Below, piece by piece: positions 14,756-20,000 of a DNA stretch of 20,000 bases (position 1 is the stretch's first letter; each line of letters starts with the position of its first letter). The notes below the pieces were generated by a model, which was not told the DNA's origin, ran no database searches, and saw nothing but the letters and a program-made list of their open reading frames with translations. The DNA lies in the IMG/VR virus record IMGVR_UViG_3300042338_000192, positions 46,325 through 66,324 of that record; one strand, written 5' to 3'. The position numbers and the translations under genes were made by a program. The DNA is from an uncultured virus (IMG/VR IMGVR_UViG_3300042338_000192) (taxonomy: Duplodnaviria > Heunggongvirae > Uroviricota > Caudoviricetes).

Positions 14756-16624
14756 ATGAATTATGTATTCGACATTGAAACCGATGGACTATTAAAAGAC
14801 GTAACACAAATGTGGATCATGGTTGTTCATGATGTAAGTGCTAATAAGCGAATGCAATTTTTGCAAGGAGATATGAATTGGATACAACTATTCAATAATG
14901 CTAGACAAGTTATGGGCCATAATATTATTGGATATGACTTAGCTGTATTAAAGAAGCTATTCAACTATGAATTACCTAAGAGCGTAAAAGCTGTAGATAC
15001 ACTTATTCTTTCACAAGTATTAGACTATAGGAGGTTCGGTAATGATGGGCATGGTTTAAAACGTTGGGGTGAATATTTAGAGTTTCCTAAACAAGAGTTT
15101 GAAGACTGGTCTGGATATTCTGAACAAATGGGTGAATACTGTAATAACGACGTTTCATTAAATGTCAAGGTATTAGAGATATTAAAGCAGGAATTGATTG
15201 AAGTGTCTGAAAAGAATCCTAAAGTCAAAGAGTATATTAAAGTAGAACATGCAGTAAGTAAGTGGTGTGCCGAAGCTAACTTAGGTGGATGGCCATTTAA
15301 TTTAGATAAAGCACATATACTTTATGACAGATTACAAGTTGAAATGGATAAGACGTATACTGCACTAAATTCAAAACTTGGCTTAAAGATAGTCGCTGTA
15401 GATAAGAAACTTGGTATTGTAGAAGTAAAGAGACCTAAATATAGAAAGGATGGATGTTATGATGCGCATACTGCTCGGTGGTTTGATGTGGATCCTTGGA
15501 GTGGGTTCGATCCTGATGATCGCATTGTCGATGGTGAGTATTGCCGTATTCAAGTCGAACCTCTTAGTCTGGACTCGGTAACAGATGTAAAGATATTTCT
15601 ATATAGACATGGTTGGGTTCCTAATGATTGGAATTATAAAGCTGATCCTATTACAGGAAGAAAAGCGAAAACTACACCTAAGATTACAGAAGATAGTTTA
15701 GAATTCTTAGGTGGTGATGGTAAGCTCTATAAAGATTTCTTAACTGCAAAGGCTAGGCAAGGCATTTTAACAACATGGTTAAAGAACGTAGATGCTCAAG
15801 GCAATCTGCACGGTGATTGTATGACAATCGGTACACCAAGTATGCGTGCTAGACACTCTATTATTGTTAACGTACCGTCAGGAGATTCACCATGGGGTAG
15901 AGAAATGCGGGAATTGTTCTCATGTAAGCCTGGCTGGAAGCTTGTAGGCTGTGATTCATCAGGTAATCAAGCTAGAGGCTTAGCACATTATTTGAATAAT
16001 GCTACATTTATTGATACATTACTTAATGGTGATATCCATCAATTTAATGCTGATATTCTTACTGAGATCTTAAAGAAAGATTTAAAGATGAATTATGTAG
16101 TACCAAGAGCGAATGCCAAAAGAATTCTATACGCATTCTTATTCGGAGCCAGTGGTGGAAAGCTTTGGTCATATATCTTTGGCTCGCATGATGATGTTAA
16201 AGGTAAGAAATTGAAATCAGGCTTTATTAAAGCTGTTCCAGGGTTTAAAGACTTAAGTGAAAAGTTGGAGAAAATATATGGAAACACAAAGAAAAAGGGA
16301 GATGGTTATATACCTAGCTTGGCTGGTACTCGTGTGTATGTTGACAGTTTCCATAAGCTTCTTGTCTATCTACTGCAATCGGCAGAGAAAATTACTTGCG
16401 GAGCAGCATGTATGCTTGCAATGGAGCGACTCGAATCTGCAGGAATTCCGTACCAACCCTTAATTATGATGCATGATGAAATTGACTTTATGGTGCCTGA
16501 AGAGTTTGCTGAACAAGCAGCAGAAATAGGTAAACAAGCTTTTGCAGACGGCCCAAAACTATTCGGTGTTGAGATTATGGATGGTAGCGGAAAAATTGGC
16601 AATGACTGGTATGAGATTCACTAA
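14756..16624 (+). CDS. Family A (T7 gp5-like) DNA polymerase with 3'-5' exonuclease
   Basis: ExoI FDIETD, ExoII GHNIIGYD, ExoIII YCNNDV; motif A GCDSSGNQAR, motif B RANAKRILYAFLFG, motif C MHDE. The track start GTG14732 lies inside the terminator, so ATG14756 is preferred. Confidence 0.95.
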   Translation: MNYVFDIETDGLLKDVTQMWIMVVHDVSANKRMQFLQGDMNWIQLFNNARQVMGHNIIGYDLAVLKKLFNYELPKSVKAVDTLILSQVLDYRRFGNDGHGLKRWGEYLEFPKQEFEDWSGYSEQMGEYCNNDVSLNVKVLEILKQELIEVSEKNPKVKEYIKVEHAVSKWCAEANLGGWPFNLDKAHILYDRLQVEMDKTYTALNSKLGLKIVAVDKKLGIVEVKRPKYRKDGCYDAHTARWFDVDPWSGFDPDDRIVDGEYCRIQVEPLSLDSVTDVKIFLYRHGWVPNDWNYKADPITGRKAKTTPKITEDSLEFLGGDGKLYKDFLTAKARQGILTTWLKNVDAQGNLHGDCMTIGTPSMRARHSIIVNVPSGDSPWGREMRELFSCKPGWKLVGCDSSGNQARGLAHYLNNATFIDTLLNGDIHQFNADILTEILKKDLKMNYVVPRANAKRILYAFLFGASGGKLWSYIFGSHDDVKGKKLKSGFIKAVPGFKDLSEKLEKIYGNTKKKGDGYIPSLAGTRVYVDSFHKLLVYLLQSAEKITCGAACMLAMERLESAGIPYQPLIMMHDEIDFMVPEEFAEQAAEIGKQAFADGPKLFGVEIMDGSGKIGNDWYEIH

Positions 16625-16929
16625 TGAATAAAGAACAATATCTACTTGTATGTTTAATGGAAGAACTCTCAGAAGCCGCACAGGAAGCGTCTAAATGTTT
16701 AAGATTCACACTTGATCATAAATATGAATTGTATGAAAAGACTAACAAAGAAAAGCTTAAATCAGAGCTATCTGATGTACAAGCTATTTTAATACTTCTT
16801 TCATCAGAGTGTAATATTAGATTGAATTGCGAAAGAGTGCCTGATATCAGAGATAAGATTGATCGCACATTGCTAAGAATGAAATTGTCTCAGGAAATGG
16901 GAGTTTTAGATGCTGATAGCACTGATTGA
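16624..16929 (+). CDS. MazG-like NTP pyrophosphohydrolase
   Basis: LMEELSEAAQ...KSELSDV (EExxE...ExxD) all-alpha NTP-PPase motif. Confidence 0.7.
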   Translation: MNKEQYLLVCLMEELSEAAQEASKCLRFTLDHKYELYEKTNKEKLKSELSDVQAILILLSSECNIRLNCERVPDIRDKIDRTLLRMKLSQEMGVLDADSTD

Positions 16930-17701
16930 TGGCGATATACTTGCCCACAACTGCTGTTACAACCGTACTGATGGTGTCACATATCTTGATGATGAGGGTA
17001 ACGTAATACCTCAAGTATTCACTAAAGAAGAAGATACAGAGTATCGTAAAGCAATATGGCGTAACTTTGAAAGTATGTTAGAAGTGATTATGGAGGAGAC
17101 ATTTGCAAGTGATTACTGTATGGCTGTTAAGGGTGAAGGCAACTATAGAGACGAAATATTTGTAGACTATAAGAAGCATCGTACAGCTGGTCCACCTAAT
17201 CTTTTTGTACCATTTGTAAGAAAGCTAGCAGTAATGCACGAGATCGCTATAGCTGCAGATGGACGCGAAGCTGATGATTTATTACGTATATGGGCAAATG
17301 AATGTAGGTCTCATAATATAGATTATGTTATATGCTCAATAGATAAGGATCTATTAATGATCCCTGGAAAGCACTATAATATAAAGCATAAAACAATTAC
17401 AGAAGTCTCAGAGCTTGATGCTAAAAGAAACTTCTACGAACAAGTATTAAAAGGCGATGCCACGGATAATATACCTGGCATTTGGAAAATGGGGCCAGTG
17501 AAAGCATCAAAAGCTTTAGCACATTGCACAACAGATGAGGAATTCCAAGAGGCAGTAATTGAACAATATATAAAAGCTAATGGTGATGAATGGCCTGAAT
17601 ATCTATTAGCTAATGCAAAGCTTATCAACATACAGAATACATATGATGATTATTTCTGTTTTGATAACTGGCCATTAGCACAGGAAATTAGAGATGGCTG
17701 A
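16910..17701 (+). CDS. 5'-3' exonuclease (T7 gp6/FEN-like)
   Basis: LIDGDI, YKKHR, EADD, SIDKDL, GDATDNIPGI motifs. Confidence 0.9.
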   Translation: MLIALIDGDILAHNCCYNRTDGVTYLDDEGNVIPQVFTKEEDTEYRKAIWRNFESMLEVIMEETFASDYCMAVKGEGNYRDEIFVDYKKHRTAGPPNLFVPFVRKLAVMHEIAIAADGREADDLLRIWANECRSHNIDYVICSIDKDLLMIPGKHYNIKHKTITEVSELDAKRNFYEQVLKGDATDNIPGIWKMGPVKASKALAHCTTDEEFQEAVIEQYIKANGDEWPEYLLANAKLINIQNTYDDYFCFDNWPLAQEIRDG

Positions 17702-18209
17702 ATTTAAAGGTAAAATAAACCACACCGTGTCCAATTCAGATATTAGTAAATTTGATAATGGACACTGGTGTTTTAATAGACAGATGAACGTAGGAAATAA
17801 ACAATATGTGGGATTCATCTACATTATATATGATACGGTCTTGGATAGATTCTATCTTGGCAAGAAGAATTACAGATCATATGGTAAAGCTACTTATGGA
17901 CAAGAATCTGATTGGCGTAGATATAAATCTAGCTCTAACAGTTTGGCGGCTCATTTCGCTAGCAGACCGAAGAAAGAGTTCAAGTTTATTGTCCTTGATG
18001 AATACACTACCAAAGGCTCCTTAGCTTGGGCAGAGACATGGTCATTATGCCATGTTGAAACCCCAGTAACACTCAAGTGGTATAATAAACAAATCGAGAA
18101 GGTATCATGGGATGTCAAAGAAAATGTATCACACGATCACAGAGTACGATTAACTATGATCACTAAAATGTCACCAGAATGTTTAATTCAATGGCCAAAA
18201 GATGGGTAA
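17694..18209 (+). CDS. GIY-YIG-family endonuclease
   Basis: GFIYIIYDTVLDRFYLGKK...WRRYKSSS...AE pattern. Confidence 0.7.
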   Translation: MAEFKGKINHTVSNSDISKFDNGHWCFNRQMNVGNKQYVGFIYIIYDTVLDRFYLGKKNYRSYGKATYGQESDWRRYKSSSNSLAAHFASRPKKEFKFIVLDEYTTKGSLAWAETWSLCHVETPVTLKWYNKQIEKVSWDVKENVSHDHRVRLTMITKMSPECLIQWPKDG

Positions 18210-19818
18210 AATAGTAATTCACAATCAACCATGTCCAAATCCAGATTGCGGTTCTTCAGATGCACTTCAGATCTATGAGAACGGCACAGCTACATGCTTT
18301 AGCTGTCAAACTTGGTTTCCCGCTAACAAAAATAAGGAGTTCACTCACGTGGAAAAACCTAAGAAACCTTTTGTACTAGATGTAGAAAAACTAAGAACTG
18401 CTGGCTTTAAAGATAGAAAGATATCTAAGGAAGTAGCGGAATTCTTTGATGTTAAATCAGCATTTAATGAAGATGGCGAAGTAGATACACACTATTATCC
18501 TTACGGTGAAGGTATTTATAAAGTTAGAAAGCTACCTAAGATGTTTTCATGTATAGGTAAACCAACAACTTTATTCGGTATGGATAAGTTTGGCACAGGT
18601 GGTAAGAGGTTGATTGTAACTGAGGGTGAATTAGATGCAATGGCAGTAGCACAAGCATCATTAGATAAGTATGGAAAAATTTATCCTGTAGTCTCAATTC
18701 CCTCAGCATCTAATGTTAAGACACTCTTAGCGCATAGAGATTGGGTAAGGTCATTTGACACAGTAGTATTATGCCTTGATACTGATGAAGCTGGTGAAAA
18801 AGCTAAAGCAGAAGCTATTAAATATATAGGTGCTGATAAAGTAAGATTAGCTAAATTGCCTGTTAAAGATCCAAGTCAAATGTTACTTGAGAAAGGCGGC
18901 CAACAATTATTAATTGCTATTTGGGAAGCGTCTAAATACACGCCTGTAGGTATCTTAGGTAGAGATGAATTATGGGAAGCTTTAAAAGCTTACAATGATA
19001 CTGAATCTGTACCATATCCCATGTGTTTAGATGCATTAAATACTAAGACTAAAGGTATGCGTGAAAATGAGATTGTACTATTTACTTCTGGTACAGGCTC
19101 AGGTAAGTCAACTATTCTCAGAGAAATTGTGTGGCATATTATAGATACTACCCCTGCAATGGTAGGTATTGTATCATTAGAAGAATCACCTGCTGAGACT
19201 ACACGTAAACTCTCGGGTATTCCGTTGAATGTCAATCCTTCATATAGAGAATTAACAGAAAGTGAATTAGAATCAGGCTTTAGAGCAGTGTTTGGTGATG
19301 ATAGAATTATGGTATTAGACCATCAAGGTTCTATGGAAGATTCAACTCTGTTTGAAAAGCTAGAGTATATGGCATTATCAGGTTGTAAATATCTATTCAT
19401 CGATCACATTACAATCCTGGTTTCAGAAGGTGTAGATGGACTAACAGGTAATGAAGCCATAGATAAAACTATGAATGATTTACTTAGATTATGTAAAAGA
19501 TATCCCGTATGGATTGGCTTAGTGTCACATTTAAGGAAGACACCTACAGGCAAGACATCATTTGAAGAAGGTCAATTACCATCTTTAGATGATATTAAGG
19601 GTTCAGGCTCAATTAAACAAATTTCAAATGATATCATAGCATTCGCACGTGACATGTCACATGATGATGATAGAATAAGAAATCATATTAAGATGAGAGT
19701 ACTGAAAAGCAGATTCACAGGTCTAACAGGAAACGTACCAGGTGTTGATTATGACTATCCAACAGGTAGGTTATCAGCTTCAATACTATTACACCCAGAT
19801 GATTTTATGGAGATTTAA
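18202..19818 (+). CDS. T7 gp4-like primase-helicase
   Basis: Zn finger CPNPDC...CFSC, TOPRIM TEGELD and DTDEAG, Walker A SGTGSGKST, FIDHI, VSHLRK, GSGSIKQ, KSRFTG. Confidence 0.95.
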   Translation: MGKIVIHNQPCPNPDCGSSDALQIYENGTATCFSCQTWFPANKNKEFTHVEKPKKPFVLDVEKLRTAGFKDRKISKEVAEFFDVKSAFNEDGEVDTHYYPYGEGIYKVRKLPKMFSCIGKPTTLFGMDKFGTGGKRLIVTEGELDAMAVAQASLDKYGKIYPVVSIPSASNVKTLLAHRDWVRSFDTVVLCLDTDEAGEKAKAEAIKYIGADKVRLAKLPVKDPSQMLLEKGGQQLLIAIWEASKYTPVGILGRDELWEALKAYNDTESVPYPMCLDALNTKTKGMRENEIVLFTSGTGSGKSTILREIVWHIIDTTPAMVGIVSLEESPAETTRKLSGIPLNVNPSYRELTESELESGFRAVFGDDRIMVLDHQGSMEDSTLFEKLEYMALSGCKYLFIDHITILVSEGVDGLTGNEAIDKTMNDLLRLCKRYPVWIGLVSHLRKTPTGKTSFEEGQLPSLDDIKGSGSIKQISNDIIAFARDMSHDDDRIRNHIKMRVLKSRFTGLTGNVPGVDYDYPTGRLSASILLHPDDFMEI

Positions 19819-20000
19819 ATGGCACAAATTCTTGAAGAAAGAGAATGCTACGGTACAGACTATCCAGCGTTAGTTAACTTCGCTGAAGAACAAACGTCCA
19901 TATTGTGGACAGCAGATGAAATTGAAGTGGAGAAAGATATCCATGAATTACGAACAAATTGTACAGCAGCAGAGTACCACGGAATTGTCAGTGTTCTTTT
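19819..20000 (+). CDS. nrdB: Ribonucleotide reductase class I beta subunit, 5' part (runs off the window)
   Basis: MAQILEERECYGTDYPALVNFAEEQTSILWTADEIEVEKDIHELRTNCTAAEYHGIVSVL: the YP...W...EI....D......E pattern of NrdB N-termini; SD GGAG. Confidence 0.7.
   Translation, partial: MAQILEERECYGTDYPALVNFAEEQTSILWTADEIEVEKDIHELRTNCTAAEYHGIVSVL

Noticed and set aside
14756..16929. Calling the polymerase DpoZ and the MazG-like protein MazZ
   Set aside because: No purZ or datZ in the window and no diagnostic I can verify by eye; kept only as a weak hypothesis.
130..19235. Minus-strand and alternate-frame ORFs in the track (e.g. 681-1007, 2774-3034, 4633-4932, 6815-7162, 9168-9437, 13530-13805, 16257-16463, 18990-19235)
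   Set aside because: They lie within or largely overlap well-supported + strand genes and have no recognisable motifs; treated as shadow ORFs.

Overview
AT-rich segment of a tailed, probably virulent dsDNA phage; every credible gene is on the + strand. The window appears to span the late-to-early junction of the genome. It starts with the end of the virion/lysis module: a tail fibre with a C-terminal S74 chaperone, an FN3/PPC-domain adhesin-like protein, a putative holin and phoH. Next come a terminator and a ~240 bp non-coding island of ~64% GC (possible genome terminus). Small early genes follow, behind a twice-repeated promoter-plus-hairpin element, then a short (739 aa) T7-family single-subunit RNA polymerase. 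Small middle genes come next, including an SleB-type cell-wall hydrolase. The replication module ends the window: gp2.5-like SSB, DUF3310 protein, family A DNA polymerase, MazG-like protein, 5'-3' exonuclease, GIY-YIG nuclease, T7 gp4-like primase-helicase and the start of a ribonucleotide reductase beta subunit. Main points of interest: (1) a possible non-canonical phage transcription system, made of an N-terminally shortened RNAP with an enlarged specificity loop and two distinct intergenic motifs, one with a covarying hairpin; (2) a DNA polymerase A in which two interacting, normally conserved active-site residues are both changed (E710Q and Y766F, Klenow numbering). All family assignments come from reading motifs by eye, not from database searches.
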